A DNA stretch of 64,000 nucleotides from Variovorax sp. (GCA_035250605.1 DATFFA010000097.1:6546-70545); one strand, 5' to 3'. Shown: positions 22,937 to 39,387, counted from the stretch's first letter. Made by a program: numbers and translations. The notes: generated from the sequence alone by a model not told the origin.

Positions 22937-23757
22937 CCCCGTTCCCCATGCGCGTTGTTGCCGAAGTCCTGCTCCACCGGGACGCCCGGATAGTGGAAAT
23001 GCACCGGCCCGTCGGGCAGCGCATTGACGAACTGATGGACCAGCGGATCGCCGCTCGCGCGCACCTCCTGGGGCCGCCCTTGTGCGGCGATGCCGCCGTT
23101 GGCCAGGATGATCACGTGGTCGGCGATGCGGAAGGTCTCTTCCAGATCGTGCGACACCACGATGCTGGTCAGGCCCAGCGTGTCGTTGAGCTGGCGGATC
23201 AGGCGCGCCGCGGTGCCCAGGGAGATCGGGTCGAGGCCGGCGAAGGGCTCGTCGTACATGACCAGGTCGGGGTCGAGGGCGATCGCCCGGGCCAGCGCCA
23301 CGCGCCGGGCCATGCCGCCGGAGACCTCGCTGGGCATCAGCTGGCGAGCGCCGCGCAGGCCGACGGCGTCGAGCTTCATGAGCACGATGTCCCTTACCAG
23401 CGCCTCGGGCAGCTGCGTGTGCTCGCGCAGCGGGAAGGCGACGTTGTCGAACACGCTCATGTCGGTGAACAACGCACCGAACTGGAACAGCATGCCCATG
23501 CGGCGACGCGCGGCATAGAGCGCATCGCTGCCCAGCTTGCCGATGTCCTGGCCGTCGAAGAGCACCTCGCCGCGCTGCGCTCGCACCTGGCCGCCGACGA
23601 GACGCAGCACGGTGGTCTTGCCGCCGCCGGAAGCACCCATGAGCGCCGTGACCTTGCCGCGGGGCACCGTGAAGGAGACGCCGTCGAGAATCGCCCGCTC
23701 CCCGTAGCCGAAGCGGACATCGCGAAATTCAATCAGTGAGGACTCGGGTGGGTTCAT
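22933..23757 (-). CDS. mlaF: MlaF ATPase
   Basis: GASGGGKTT, FQFGALF, SGGMARRV and YDEPFAGLDP motifs. Confidence 0.94.
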   Translation of the reverse strand: MNPPESSLIEFRDVRFGYGERAILDGVSFTVPRGKVTALMGASGGGKTTVLRLVGGQVRAQRGEVLFDGQDIGKLGSDALYAARRRMGMLFQFGALFTDMSVFDNVAFPLREHTQLPEALVRDIVLMKLDAVGLRGARQLMPSEVSGGMARRVALARAIALDPDLVMYDEPFAGLDPISLGTAARLIRQLNDTLGLTSIVVSHDLEETFRIADHVIILANGGIAAQGRPQEVRASGDPLVHQFVNALPDGPVHFHYPGVPVEQDFGNNAHGERG

Positions 23758-23765
23758 GGACAACA

Positions 23766-23797
23766 GAAAAGCCGGGGCGCCTGAGGCATCCCCGGCT
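23766..23797 (-). terminator. Intrinsic terminator-like hairpin after gltD, just before mlaF
   Basis: GCCGGGGATGCC-TCA-GGCGCCCCGGC followed by TTTTCTG. Confidence 0.7.
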
Positions 23798-23881
23798 CGC
23801 GGTAGCCATCCATGATAAATGAAGCACAGGACGTGCCCATCCACCGACGCAGGGGGCTAATCCCCGCCTAATTCAGCACAC

Positions 23882-25360
<1,479 letters not shown>

Positions 25361-25369
25361 CGTGAATCC

Positions 25370-25525
25370 TTTGCTCACCCCCGTCGCTTGCTCGCCTCGT
25401 GTAGCCGCCTCCCCCCTTCCGGTGGCAGCACCAGCGGCCGGCAAAGCCGGTTCCGCGATGCTCCCCGAAGGGAGAGGGCGTCATACGTGGAGAGACCGCA
25501 CGGCGTGTGAAGAGTTGTTGTTTGC

Positions 25526-25528
<3 letters not shown>
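25370..25528 (-). repeat. GC-rich palindromic REP/MITE-like element between gltB and gltD, flanked by an 8-bp direct repeat
   Basis: TTTGCTCA at 25370-25377 and 25521-25528; internal CCGGC-TTT-GCCGG hairpin; motifs shared with the element at 18654-18743. Confidence 0.6.
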
Positions 25529-30268
<4,740 letters not shown>

Positions 30269-30302
30269 GGGCGCGCTCCTTCAGTTTTTCGCAGGGAGGG
30301 GA

Positions 30303-30331
30303 AGGATATTGCGTTGCACAAACAATGCCAA
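30303..30331 (-). promoter_or_regulatory. Candidate gltB promoter (sigma70, with an overlapping sigma54-like motif)
   Basis: TTGGCA-N17-TATCCT; the same DNA also reads TGGCAT-N5-GTGCA (GG-N10-GC). Confidence 0.5.
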
Positions 30332-30338
30332 GTGTTTT

Positions 30339-30400
30339 ATTGGGGGTCAGATTCCCATTAAATCCTGAGCCTTTGGCTCGGATTTAAATTAGGGACACAT
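30339..30400. repeat. AT-rich hairpin flanked by imperfect direct repeats, downstream of RAYT
   Basis: Minus strand ATGTGTCCCTAAT ... ATCTGACCCCCAAT around TTAAATCC(T)GAGC-CTTTG-GCTCGGATTTAA. Confidence 0.55.
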
Positions 30401-30453
30401 TTAAGGGGGCGTGGCGCAGCCTCTTTCATGCGACCCGTGACGCAGCTGTTCAG

Positions 30454-31146
30454 TCAGCCTCGGTCCGATGGCGGTCGCCCCGGCCGCGCCTTCAGGACGC
30501 GTCGCGACGTGTTCTTCTGAAGCGCTTCGAGGAAGTCGCGATCTCCCGCCGCCCATCCGTGCAGGGTGGCCTCGGTCAGCAGGGTCTGGTCGGCACCCGT
30601 CACGCCGCCACGCACCATCTCGGCGTAGGCGGCCTCGCGGGCGAAAGGCGTATTGCCCAGCGACCAGTAGAGCGGATGCGGCGTCAGCAGCTTGTCGTGG
30701 CGCAGCCCGGCGTAGTGCGCATGGCTGGACCAGGGAAAGTCGCGGGCCTCGGCGACCAGGCCGGCGCGCACCGGGTTGAGGTCGATGTAGGCCATGCAGG
30801 TCAGCAGGTAGCGCTCGGTCTGGATCAGCGTGGACTTGTAGCGGCCCTCCCACAGGGTACCGGTCCGCCCGTGCCGGTCGTTGAAGTAGCGCACGTAGCG
30901 CCGGCCCACGGCCTGCATCCACAGCGGCAACCCGTCCGCGCTCGCCGGCGTGGCCAGCAGGTGGTAGTGGTTGTCCATCAGCACGTAGGCATGCAACGCG
31001 ATGCCGAAGCGCGCCGCGTTCTCGCCCAGCAGCGCGAGCAGCATCTCGCGGTCGGCGTTGTCGACGAAGATGGCCTGGCGGTTGTTGCCCCGCTGGATCA
31101 CGTGGTGCGGCAGCTCGGCCAGCGTGAGACGTGGAAGGCGGGCCAT
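30454..31146 (-). mobile_element. RAYT-like Y1 (IS200/HUH) tyrosine transposase gene, intact
   Basis: MARLPR, HHVIQRGNNRQ, HUH motif NHYHLL, TLWEGRYKS and catalytic YIDLNPVRAGLV; no terminal inverted repeats seen. Confidence 0.85.
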
Positions 31147-31153
31147 GGCGAGA

Positions 31154-32020
31154 TCAGCCCGGGCGGAAGCGCGTCTCCAGCAGCGACTCCAGCCCGAACT
31201 GGGCGAGCAGTTCCTGGAGCCGGGCCGCGGCGCTGGCTTTGCGCTGGCCGGTGCGGCGCGCAATGATCAGCTCGTTCTTCAGGCTGTGCTCCCAACCCAC
31301 CAGCTCCGTGACGGTGACCTGGTAGCCGTTGGCCTCCAGATAGAGGCAGCGCAGGACGTTGGTGAGCTGGCTGCCGATCTCGCGCGTGTGCAGGGGATGG
31401 CGCCAGAGCTCGGCCAGGGGCGTGCGCGAGAGCGACAGCGCCTTGGTCTGGCGCAGGCATGCCGCAACCTCGGCCTGGCAACAGGGCACCAGCACCATGA
31501 AGCGCGCCTGCTTCGCGAGGCCGAAGGCGATGGCATCGTCGGTGGCGGTGTCGCAGGCATGCAGCGCGGTCACCACGTCGATCTGCGCCGGCAGCTCGGC
31601 CGCGTCGGCGGATTCGGCCGCGCTGATATTGAGGAAGGCCATGCGGTCGAAGCCCAGCCGCTTCGCCAGGGCGCGCGACTTGTCGACCAGGTCGGCCCGT
31701 GTTTCGACGCCGTACACACGCCCCCCGCCGCGCCGGCCGAAGAACAGGTCGTAGAGGATGAAGCCGAGATAGGACTTGCCGGCGCCGTGGTCGGCCAGGG
31801 TGGCGTGCGCGCCCTCCTCCGGCAGCTCGAGCAGCAGCTTCTCGATGAACTGGAACAGGTGGTAGACCTGCTTGAGCTTGCGGCGCGAGTCCTGATTGAG
31901 CCGTCCTTCGCGCGTGAGGATGTGCAGTTCCTTCAGCAGCTCGATCGACTGGCCAGGACGCAGGACCTCCTGCAGTTCGGCTTCGGCCTTCGAGGCCTTG
32001 GCGAGGGCCTTTCCGTTCAT
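31154..32020 (-). CDS. SAM-dependent methyltransferase (Methyltransf_32-like)
   Basis: DHGAGKSYLG, ALHACDTATD and VPCCQ motifs. Confidence 0.85.
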   Translation of the reverse strand: MNGKALAKASKAEAELQEVLRPGQSIELLKELHILTREGRLNQDSRRKLKQVYHLFQFIEKLLLELPEEGAHATLADHGAGKSYLGFILYDLFFGRRGGGRVYGVETRADLVDKSRALAKRLGFDRMAFLNISAAESADAAELPAQIDVVTALHACDTATDDAIAFGLAKQARFMVLVPCCQAEVAACLRQTKALSLSRTPLAELWRHPLHTREIGSQLTNVLRCLYLEANGYQVTVTELVGWEHSLKNELIIARRTGQRKASAAARLQELLAQFGLESLLETRFRPG

Positions 32021-32592
32021 CGCGGCGCTCCGCCCGGCCCGACGTCCAGGGCCGACCAGCCCTCGGCGCCCAGCTGCTGCAGGATCTGCATGTTGCGCCC
32101 GAAGATGGCCTGCGCGTCGGGGAAGGCCTCGACGGCGCGGCTCACGCTGTCCTCGCGCAACAGGTGCAGCGTCGGGTAGGGGGCGCGATTGGTCGCATTC
32201 GTGATGTCGTCGGGCTCTGCTCCGGCGAACTGAAAGCGCGGATGGAAGCTGGCCAGCTGGAATTTGCCTTCGAAGCCCGCGCGCGCCAGCCGGCGCTCGG
32301 CGCGCGCGGTGAAATCGTTGAAGTCCAGGAAGTCGGCCAAGGTGTTCGGTGCGATCAGGAGGGTGGTGTCGCGCTCTGACGCGCCGCAGGCCGCCAGCGC
32401 GCGCGCCTCGTCGAGCAAGGCATCGATCAAGCCGCCCTCCTCGCGCTGCAGGTAGAGCGCGTAGTGGATCTGGCCTCGCGCATGCACGGCTTTGGCGAAG
32501 GGGCAGAGATTCAGCCCGATCACGGCACGCTCGAGCCAGCGCTGCGTGTCCGCCCGTGCTTCCTCGGCAGTGATGAGAGGATGGTCGTTCAT
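32017..32592 (-). CDS. DUF1415 family protein
   Basis: VIGLNLCPFA, QLASFHP and TNRAPYPTLHLLRE motifs. Confidence 0.85.
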   Translation of the reverse strand: MNDHPLITAEEARADTQRWLERAVIGLNLCPFAKAVHARGQIHYALYLQREEGGLIDALLDEARALAACGASERDTTLLIAPNTLADFLDFNDFTARAERRLARAGFEGKFQLASFHPRFQFAGAEPDDITNATNRAPYPTLHLLREDSVSRAVEAFPDAQAIFGRNMQILQQLGAEGWSALDVGPGGAPR

Positions 32593-33851
32593 ATCGCAGT
32601 CCCCGTGCGGGATCTCGCCGGCGCCACGCGTGCTGCCAGCGCCAGGCCGGCCATGGAACACGCGAGAGTCACGAGCCAGGTCCATTGCCAGCCCCCGGCC
32701 CGATGGGCGATCCAGGCGACCACCGGTGGGGCGATGAACTGGCCGAGCGAGGAGGCCTGTTGCATCATCCCCACGGTCGTCGAGACCGTCGAGGGACTTG
32801 GCGCAAGCCGGGTGGAAAGCATGAAGAGCGTCGCCGGAATCATTCCGCCGGCCAGCGAGAACAGGCACACGGCGAGGTAGCGCAGCGCAGGCGGCAGGCT
32901 CGCGGCGCCCCCGGCCGGGCCGATCTGCGCGAAGGCCGCGACGCTGCCCAGCGCCATCGCGACGAAACCCCAGCGCAACAGGCGCTCGGGCGCGACGCCG
33001 TGCTGCAGGAAGCGGCCGCCGCTGACGTTGCCGATGATGTTCATCGCGGCGGCAAGCGCGGTCAATGCCGCGTTCCAGGCGGCCGGCACGCCGGCGTCGG
33101 CATAGATCGCGGGCAGAAAACCGATCACGGCCATCCATTGCGAGGAGTAGACGGCGAAGGCCGATGCCAGCGTCCAGGGGCCGCTGGAGCGGGCCGTATC
33201 GAACAGGCGCGCCGACCAGACCGAAGGGGACGGCGTACCCGGCGCAACGGATGGCCTGTCCGCGGGCACGACGAGCAGCACCCACAGCGCCGCGGCAGCC
33301 GACACCAGGGACAACACCCACCACCAGCCCGGCCAGCCGCCCCAGGCGATCAAGGCCGGACCGAGCAGGAGCGCGAGCGCCACGCCGAAGGGCATGTAGG
33401 CGCCCCAGAGACCCAGCGCTTTCTTCTCTGCGCTCGGCGGCGCAAGCGAGCGGATCAGCCCGGGCCCGGGCATCACCGCCAGCAGGAAGCCCAGGCCTTC
33501 GAGCGCGCGCAGCGCAAACAGCCAGCGAATGGCGCCGGGGCCGGCATCAACCGTGCTTCCGACGAGCCCGCCGAGCACACTTGCAACCGTCACCACGGCC
33601 AGGCCCGCCAGCATGCTGCGCCGCAAGCCGATGGCATCGGCCATCAAGCCGAACACGATGCCCAGGAACATGCCCGCGACCTGCACCAGCGACAGCAGGA
33701 AGCCCGCTTCGACGAGGTCGATGCCCAGCGTCGCCTGCAGCGCGGGCACTGCCGGCGGCAGCTTGCCCAGGTGCAGGGCCGCGGCCACGCCGGCCAGCAC
33801 CACGGCCAGCGTGGCGCCGGGAATGGGTGCATTCGAAGACATGGCGCTCAT
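32589..33851 (-). CDS. MFS transporter (CynX/NimT-like)
   Basis: About 12 TM segments, GKLPPAVP motif; ATGA-coupled to dgt. Confidence 0.82.
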   Translation of the reverse strand: MSAMSSNAPIPGATLAVVLAGVAAALHLGKLPPAVPALQATLGIDLVEAGFLLSLVQVAGMFLGIVFGLMADAIGLRRSMLAGLAVVTVASVLGGLVGSTVDAGPGAIRWLFALRALEGLGFLLAVMPGPGLIRSLAPPSAEKKALGLWGAYMPFGVALALLLGPALIAWGGWPGWWWVLSLVSAAAALWVLLVVPADRPSVAPGTPSPSVWSARLFDTARSSGPWTLASAFAVYSSQWMAVIGFLPAIYADAGVPAAWNAALTALAAAMNIIGNVSGGRFLQHGVAPERLLRWGFVAMALGSVAAFAQIGPAGGAASLPPALRYLAVCLFSLAGGMIPATLFMLSTRLAPSPSTVSTTVGMMQQASSLGQFIAPPVVAWIAHRAGGWQWTWLVTLACSMAGLALAARVAPARSRTGTAI

Positions 33852-34978
33852 TCGCTCCATGGCCGTCCCGTGACGCGTTCGTGCTCACGGATCGCGAAGC
33901 GGTCCGTCATGCCGGCGATGTAGTCGGCCACCGCGCGATGGCGATCGTCGCGCTGCGCGTAGGACGCCGGCATCTGCTGCGCATCGTCGATGTAGGCGGC
34001 GAACAGCTCGCGCACCACCTCCTTCGCCCGGCTCGTGGTCTGCATGACGCGCGGATGCCGATACAGGTTGCGGAAGAGAAACTGCTTCAGCTCGGTGGAC
34101 TGGGCGCGCATGGTCTCGCTGAAGAGCACCAGTGGCGCGGCACGGCGCACCGCATCCGCATCGGCGGGCGCTGCCGCCTCGAGCGCGCCGTGCGTGGCGT
34201 CGATCACGTCGTAAACCTGAGCGCTCAGCATTCGGCGGATCGCTTCGTAGAGCACGCGCCGGCCCTGCAGCTGCGGATGCTCGTCGAGCGTCTCGCGCAG
34301 GTAGCGGTTGAACAGCGCGACCTCGCCCAGCCGCTCGAGGCCGATGAGCCCCGAACGCACGCCGTCGTCGATGTCATGCGCGTTGTAGGCAATCTCGTCG
34401 GCGAGGTTGCACAGCTGCGCCTCGAGGCTCGGCTGCGTGCGATCGCGGAAACGCCGCCCTACCCCACCCGGCTCGGCCGCCTCCAGGCGCTCGGCGTTGG
34501 CCCGCGAGCAATGCTTGAGGATGCCCTCGCGTGTTTCGAAGCTCAGGTTGAGCCCGTCGTACTGGGGATAGCGGTGCTCGAGCGCATCCACCACCCGCAG
34601 GCTCTGCAGGTTGTGCTCGAAGCCACCGTGTTCCGCCATGCAGGCATCCAGCGCGTCCTGCCCCGCATGGCCGAAGGGCGTGTGGCCCAGATCGTGCGCC
34701 AGCGCAATGGCTTCCACCAAGTCCTCGTTGAGGCGCAACGAGCGCGCAATGGAGCGGCCGAGCTGGGCCACTTCGAGGGAATGCGTGAGGCGGGTGCGGA
34801 ACAGATCGCCCTCGTGGTTGAGGAAAACCTGGGTCTTGTAAACCAGGCGCCGGAAAGCCGTGGAATGAACGATGCGGTCGCGGTCGCGCTGGAAAGCGTC
34901 GCGCGTGGGGGCCGGCGCCTCGGCATGGCGCCGGCCGCGGGACTGCGCCGGATGGCTGGCGTAGCGTGCCAGGCTCAT
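33848..34978 (-). CDS. dgt: dGTP triphosphohydrolase-like HD protein
   Basis: FQRDRDRI, RTRLTHSLEV, AHDLGHTPFGH and DYIAGMTD motifs. Confidence 0.93.
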   Translation of the reverse strand: MSLARYASHPAQSRGRRHAEAPAPTRDAFQRDRDRIVHSTAFRRLVYKTQVFLNHEGDLFRTRLTHSLEVAQLGRSIARSLRLNEDLVEAIALAHDLGHTPFGHAGQDALDACMAEHGGFEHNLQSLRVVDALEHRYPQYDGLNLSFETREGILKHCSRANAERLEAAEPGGVGRRFRDRTQPSLEAQLCNLADEIAYNAHDIDDGVRSGLIGLERLGEVALFNRYLRETLDEHPQLQGRRVLYEAIRRMLSAQVYDVIDATHGALEAAAPADADAVRRAAPLVLFSETMRAQSTELKQFLFRNLYRHPRVMQTTSRAKEVVRELFAAYIDDAQQMPASYAQRDDRHRAVADYIAGMTDRFAIREHERVTGRPWSE

Positions 34979-34994
34979 CGCCCTGCTGCCCGAT

Positions 34995-36095
34995 TCAGTC
35001 CGCACAGCACTGCGCCAGCACCTCGCGCACGATGGCGTCAGGGGCGCTGCGCATGACGGCCGAGCCGGGCTTGTCGATCACCACGAAGCGGATCTCGCCG
35101 GCTTCCGATTTCTTGTCGATGCGCATCAGCTCGAGGTAGCGTTCGGCGCCGAGCGCGGGGGCGGCTACCGGCAGGCCCGCACGCTCGACCAGCGCCGACA
35201 GCCGCTGGACGAAGGCCGCATCGACGCCGCCCAGGCGTTGCGACAGATGGGCGGCCAGGACCATGCCGCATCCGACCGCTTCGCCGTGCAACCAGCGGCC
35301 GTAACCCATGCCGGCCTCGATGGCATGGCCGAAGGTGTGGCCGAAATTCAGGATCGCCCGCAAGCCGGTCTCGCGCTCGTCCTGCCCGACGACCGCGGCC
35401 TTGATCTCGCAGCTGCGCCGGACCGCATGGGCCAGCGCGACCGGATCGCGAGCCACCAGCGCTTCGATGTTCGCCTCGATCCAGTCGAAGAAGGCCATGT
35501 CGTAGATCGGGCCGTACTTGATGATCTCGGCCAGGCCCGCGCTGAGCTCGCGGGACGGGAGCGTGGCCAGCGTGGAGAGGTCGCACAGCACGAGGCGCGG
35601 CTGGTAGAACGCCCCGATCATGTTCTTGCCGAGCGGATGGTTGATCGCCGTCTTGCCGCCCACGGACGAATCGACCTGCGCGAGCAGCGTGGTGGGCACC
35701 TGGACGAAGGGCACGCCGCGCATGTAGCTGGCCGCGGCGAATCCGGTCATGTCGCCCACCACGCCGCCACCGAGGGCGAAGAGAACCGTCTTGCGGTCAC
35801 AGCCATGACTCAGCAAGGCGTCGAAGATCAGGTTCAGCGTGGGCCAGTCCTTGTGCCTCTCCCCATCGGGCAGTTCCAGCAGATGCACGGCCCGAAAGCG
35901 GCTTGCCAGCGTCCGGCGCAGGGCTTCGCCATAGAACGGCGCCACGGTGGTGTTGGTGACGATCAGGGCCGTGGCGGCTGCGGGCACGGCAGTGAAATTG
36001 GCTGGGTCGCCAAGCAGGTCGCTGCCGATCAGGATCGGATAGCTGCGCTCGCCGAGCTGGATCTCGACGCATTCGGGGGAGGCGGACACTCGCAT
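34995..36095 (-). CDS. aroB: 3-dehydroquinate synthase
   Basis: [23 protein letters not shown] and LNFGHTFGH motifs. Confidence 0.96.
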   Translation of the reverse strand: MRVSASPECVEIQLGERSYPILIGSDLLGDPANFTAVPAAATALIVTNTTVAPFYGEALRRTLASRFRAVHLLELPDGERHKDWPTLNLIFDALLSHGCDRKTVLFALGGGVVGDMTGFAAASYMRGVPFVQVPTTLLAQVDSSVGGKTAINHPLGKNMIGAFYQPRLVLCDLSTLATLPSRELSAGLAEIIKYGPIYDMAFFDWIEANIEALVARDPVALAHAVRRSCEIKAAVVGQDERETGLRAILNFGHTFGHAIEAGMGYGRWLHGEAVGCGMVLAAHLSQRLGGVDAAFVQRLSALVERAGLPVAAPALGAERYLELMRIDKKSEAGEIRFVVIDKPGSAVMRSAPDAIVREVLAQCCAD

Positions 36096-36132
36096 GGCTC
36101 CGAGTTTAGGCGCACGGCGCCCGCGCGCCGGC

Positions 36133-36678
36133 TCAGCCCTGCGGATCGCCGCGGCAGCCAGGGGGTACGAGGCCGGCCAGCTCCAGCTGCATCACGATGA
36201 TGTTCACCAGCATCGCGACCGAAGGCCGGCCGGTCTCGACCACATCATGGGCGGCCTCGCGGTAAAGCGGATCGCGGGCGCTGTAAAGCTCGTGCAGGCG
36301 GCCCAACGGATCGGCCACCTGCAGCAGCGGCCGCTTGACATCGTGGCGGAGGCGCCTGAAGAGGTCCTCGGGGGAGGAGTGCAGGTAGATCACGTGGAAG
36401 TTCGTGCGCAGCTGGACCCGGTTGGCCTCGCGCAGCACGGAACCGCCGCCGGTCGAGACGATGCCCTGGGCCGAGGCCGCGAGCTCGGCGATCACGGTCT
36501 GCTCGAGATCGCGAAAGCTCTGCTCACCCTCGCGCTCGAAGTAGTCGCGGATGGAACAGCCGATGCGCCGCTCGATCAGGTCATCGCTGTCGATGAAGGG
36601 GAGCTGAAGCCGTTGGGCAAGGCGTCGGCCCACCGCGGATTTTCCGGCGCCGGGGAGGCCGACGAGTGCGACCGCCAC
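36133..36678 (-). CDS. aroK: Shikimate kinase
   Basis: [14 protein letters not shown] and STGGG motifs; exact start uncertain. Confidence 0.93.
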   Translation of the reverse strand: MAVALVGLPGAGKSAVGRRLAQRLQLPFIDSDDLIERRIGCSIRDYFEREGEQSFRDLEQTVIAELAASAQGIVSTGGGSVLREANRVQLRTNFHVIYLHSSPEDLFRRLRHDVKRPLLQVADPLGRLHELYSARDPLYREAAHDVVETGRPSVAMLVNIIVMQLELAGLVPPGCRGDPQG

Positions 36679-36703
36679 GCGGTGCTGCGAACGCCCGCGC
36701 GCT

Positions 36704-38848
36704 TCAGCGCGCGGCGTTACGGTCGGTAATCATCTTCGGCGTGATAAAGACGAGCATTTCGGTCTTGTTGGCAACGCGTTCGCGCTTGCGGAACAGTGCC
36801 CCCACATAGGGCACTTCACCCAGCACCGGCACGCGCGATTCGTCGTTGGTTTCGGTGAGCTCGAAGATACCACCGATGACCACCGTTCCGCCGTTCTCGA
36901 CCAGCACCTCGGTCTGCACGTGCTTGGTATTGATCGCAAAGCCCGCCGTCGTCGCTTGGCCGACCGTGTCCTTGTTGACGTCCAGCGTGAGGATGATGTT
37001 GCCTTCGGGCGTGATCTGCGGCGTGACCTCGAGCTTGAGGTTGGCTTTGCGGAAGGCGATCGAGGTGGCGCCGCTGGAGGTCGCGACCTGATAGGGCAGC
37101 TCCGTGCCCTGCTCGATCAGCGCCTTGGTCTGGTCGGCCGTCACCACGCGGGGGCTGGACACCACCTTGCCCTTGCCGTCGGCTTCGAGGGCCGAGATTT
37201 CCAGGTTCAGCATGCGCGAGAAGCTGGAGTTGAAGAGCGAGATGGCGAAGGTGCCGGGCGCGTTGCCGTTGCCGGCCACGCCGGTCGAGGGCAGGTTCAC
37301 GAAGTTCGAGTTCGTGAAGGTGGTCAGCGCGCTCGCCGGGGTGGTCGCGGTTGCCGCGGTCACGGCTGGGATCGCGCCGACGTTGCCGAAGACGGAACGG
37401 CCATTGTTGGAGCCGATCGTGGCGCCGGCGACGCCGCCGCCCAGCCGCACACCCAGCGACTTGCCGAAGGTGTCGGAGGCCTCGACGATGCGCGCCTCGA
37501 TCAGCACCTGGCGCACCGGCACGTCGAGTTTCTGGATCAGCTCGGCGACCTGCTGGAGGCGCGAGGGGATGTCGGACACGAAGAGCTGGTTGGTACGCGA
37601 TTCGGCGATCACGCTGCCACGCGGGCTGAGGATGCGGGTGGTGGTGCCCGAGCCGCCGCTGCTGCCCTGGCCGGTGCCCGTGAGGCCCTGCGCGATCGTG
37701 ACCGCCTTGGTGTAGTTCAGCTGGAAGGACTGGGTGCGCAGCGGCTCCAGATTCTGGATCGCGGCCTGCGCCTCGAACTCGAGCTTTTCCTTGGCGTTGA
37801 TCTCGTCCTTGGGCGCGATCCACAGCACGCTGCCGTTCTTGCGCATGCCCAGGTTCTTGGCCTGCATGATGATGTCCAGGGCCTGATCCCAAGGCACGTC
37901 CTTCAGGCGAAGGGTCAGCGCGCCGGTCACCGAATCCGAGGTCACGATGTTGAAGTTGGTGAAGTCGGCGATCACCTGCAGCAGGGAGCGGATCTCGATG
38001 TTCTGGAAATTCAGCGACAGCTTCTCGCCGGTGTAGCCCACGCCCTGGGTCAGCTTGGTCGGGTCGACCTTGCGCTGGCGCACCTCGACCACGAACTGGT
38101 TTTCGCTCTGGTAGGCGCTGTGCTCCCAGTCGCCCTTGGGCTCGATGGTCATGCGCACGCGGTCGCCGGCCTGCTGGGTGGTCACGGTCTGCACGGGGGT
38201 CCCGAAGTCCGAGACGTCGAGGCGGCGGCGCAGGCCTTCGGGCAGCGTCGACTTGGTGAATTCCACGACCAGGTTGCGGCCTTGCTGCCGAATGTCGACA
38301 CCCACCTGGTTGTTCGCCAGGTCGACCACCACGCGGCCGGTGTTGTCCGAGCCCAGGCGGAAATCGACGTCGCGCAGCGGCAGGGTGTCGCGGTTGCGGT
38401 TCTCTGCGAAGGCCTGCGGCGTCGAGGCGACCAGCGCGGCACCGGGGACGGGCTCCAGAGAAACCAGGAGCGACTTGCCCTGGATCTCAGCCTTGTACGC
38501 CGTGGCCTGCTTGAGATTCAGCACCAGGCGCGTACGCTCACCGGCCTGCACCACGTTGATGGAGCGGAGGTTGCCTTGGTTGACGTCGATCGCCGAACGG
38601 CCGATGGCGTTCGTCACGCCGGGGAAGTCGAGTGCGATGCGCGCCGGCGTCTGGATGGCGAAGCCCGTGGGCGCCGCGGCCAGCGGCTGAGTCAGGTCGA
38701 TCCGGATGACTTCGGCGCCCGATTGCATCGAGGTGGTCACCGACTCGATTGCGTTCTGCGCATGTGCTGCCGCGGCCGCGCCGAGCGCGAGCAGGCTGAC
38801 ACCGACCACGCGCAGCCACTGCGCGAACCTTGAATTCCTGGGTTTCAT
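36704..38848 (-). CDS. pilQ: Type IV pilus secretin
   Basis: AMIN domains, LSLNFQ, VPWDQAL, QVLIEARIVE and VFITP motifs. Confidence 0.95.
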   Translation of the reverse strand: MKPRNSRFAQWLRVVGVSLLALGAAAAAHAQNAIESVTTSMQSGAEVIRIDLTQPLAAAPTGFAIQTPARIALDFPGVTNAIGRSAIDVNQGNLRSINVVQAGERTRLVLNLKQATAYKAEIQGKSLLVSLEPVPGAALVASTPQAFAENRNRDTLPLRDVDFRLGSDNTGRVVVDLANNQVGVDIRQQGRNLVVEFTKSTLPEGLRRRLDVSDFGTPVQTVTTQQAGDRVRMTIEPKGDWEHSAYQSENQFVVEVRQRKVDPTKLTQGVGYTGEKLSLNFQNIEIRSLLQVIADFTNFNIVTSDSVTGALTLRLKDVPWDQALDIIMQAKNLGMRKNGSVLWIAPKDEINAKEKLEFEAQAAIQNLEPLRTQSFQLNYTKAVTIAQGLTGTGQGSSGGSGTTTRILSPRGSVIAESRTNQLFVSDIPSRLQQVAELIQKLDVPVRQVLIEARIVEASDTFGKSLGVRLGGGVAGATIGSNNGRSVFGNVGAIPAVTAATATTPASALTTFTNSNFVNLPSTGVAGNGNAPGTFAISLFNSSFSRMLNLEISALEADGKGKVVSSPRVVTADQTKALIEQGTELPYQVATSSGATSIAFRKANLKLEVTPQITPEGNIILTLDVNKDTVGQATTAGFAINTKHVQTEVLVENGGTVVIGGIFELTETNDESRVPVLGEVPYVGALFRKRERVANKTEMLVFITPKMITDRNAAR

Positions 38849-39387
38849 TTCGACCTCTCTTGCAACTGCAGCGTCGCCACGCGTTCGATCCATTCACCGG
38901 CGGCGTCCTGCACGATTTCACGCAAGGCGAGTTCGGTTTCGCTGATACGGGTGATGCGCCCGTAGTTGAGTCCCAGATAGTTCCCCACCCGAACCTGGTA
39001 GAGAAGCTTGTCGACGGTGACCAGGGCCACCGGCTGTCCATTGCGGTTCATGCTGCCCACCATGGCCATCGAGTCGAGCGGAAAAGCCTCCAGGGCCTCC
39101 TTGCGGCGTGCCAGCTCGGGCGCGATGAGGCCCGAAGTGCTCGGCTGGGCCGAATCACGGCGCAGGGCCTGCGTGAGCTTCTGCATGTTGAAGGGCTCGA
39201 ACGCATTGCCTTCGGTATAGGCCTGGGGCGTGAACTTCTTGGGTTCTGTGATGGGCGGCACGGTGGGGCGCACCTGGGCCCGCTGCTCGGCCATCCACTG
39301 CTGGAGTTCATCCTGTTCAGAGCCGATGCAGCCGCTCAGGCCGACGGCCGCTGCACCGATGCACAGCACAAAGGCAAGCCTGCTCAT
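38845..39387 (-). CDS. pilP: PilP lipoprotein
   Basis: LSGC lipobox; LEAFPLD and VGNYLGLNYGRI motifs. Confidence 0.93.
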   Translation of the reverse strand: MSRLAFVLCIGAAAVGLSGCIGSEQDELQQWMAEQRAQVRPTVPPITEPKKFTPQAYTEGNAFEPFNMQKLTQALRRDSAQPSTSGLIAPELARRKEALEAFPLDSMAMVGSMNRNGQPVALVTVDKLLYQVRVGNYLGLNYGRITRISETELALREIVQDAAGEWIERVATLQLQERSK

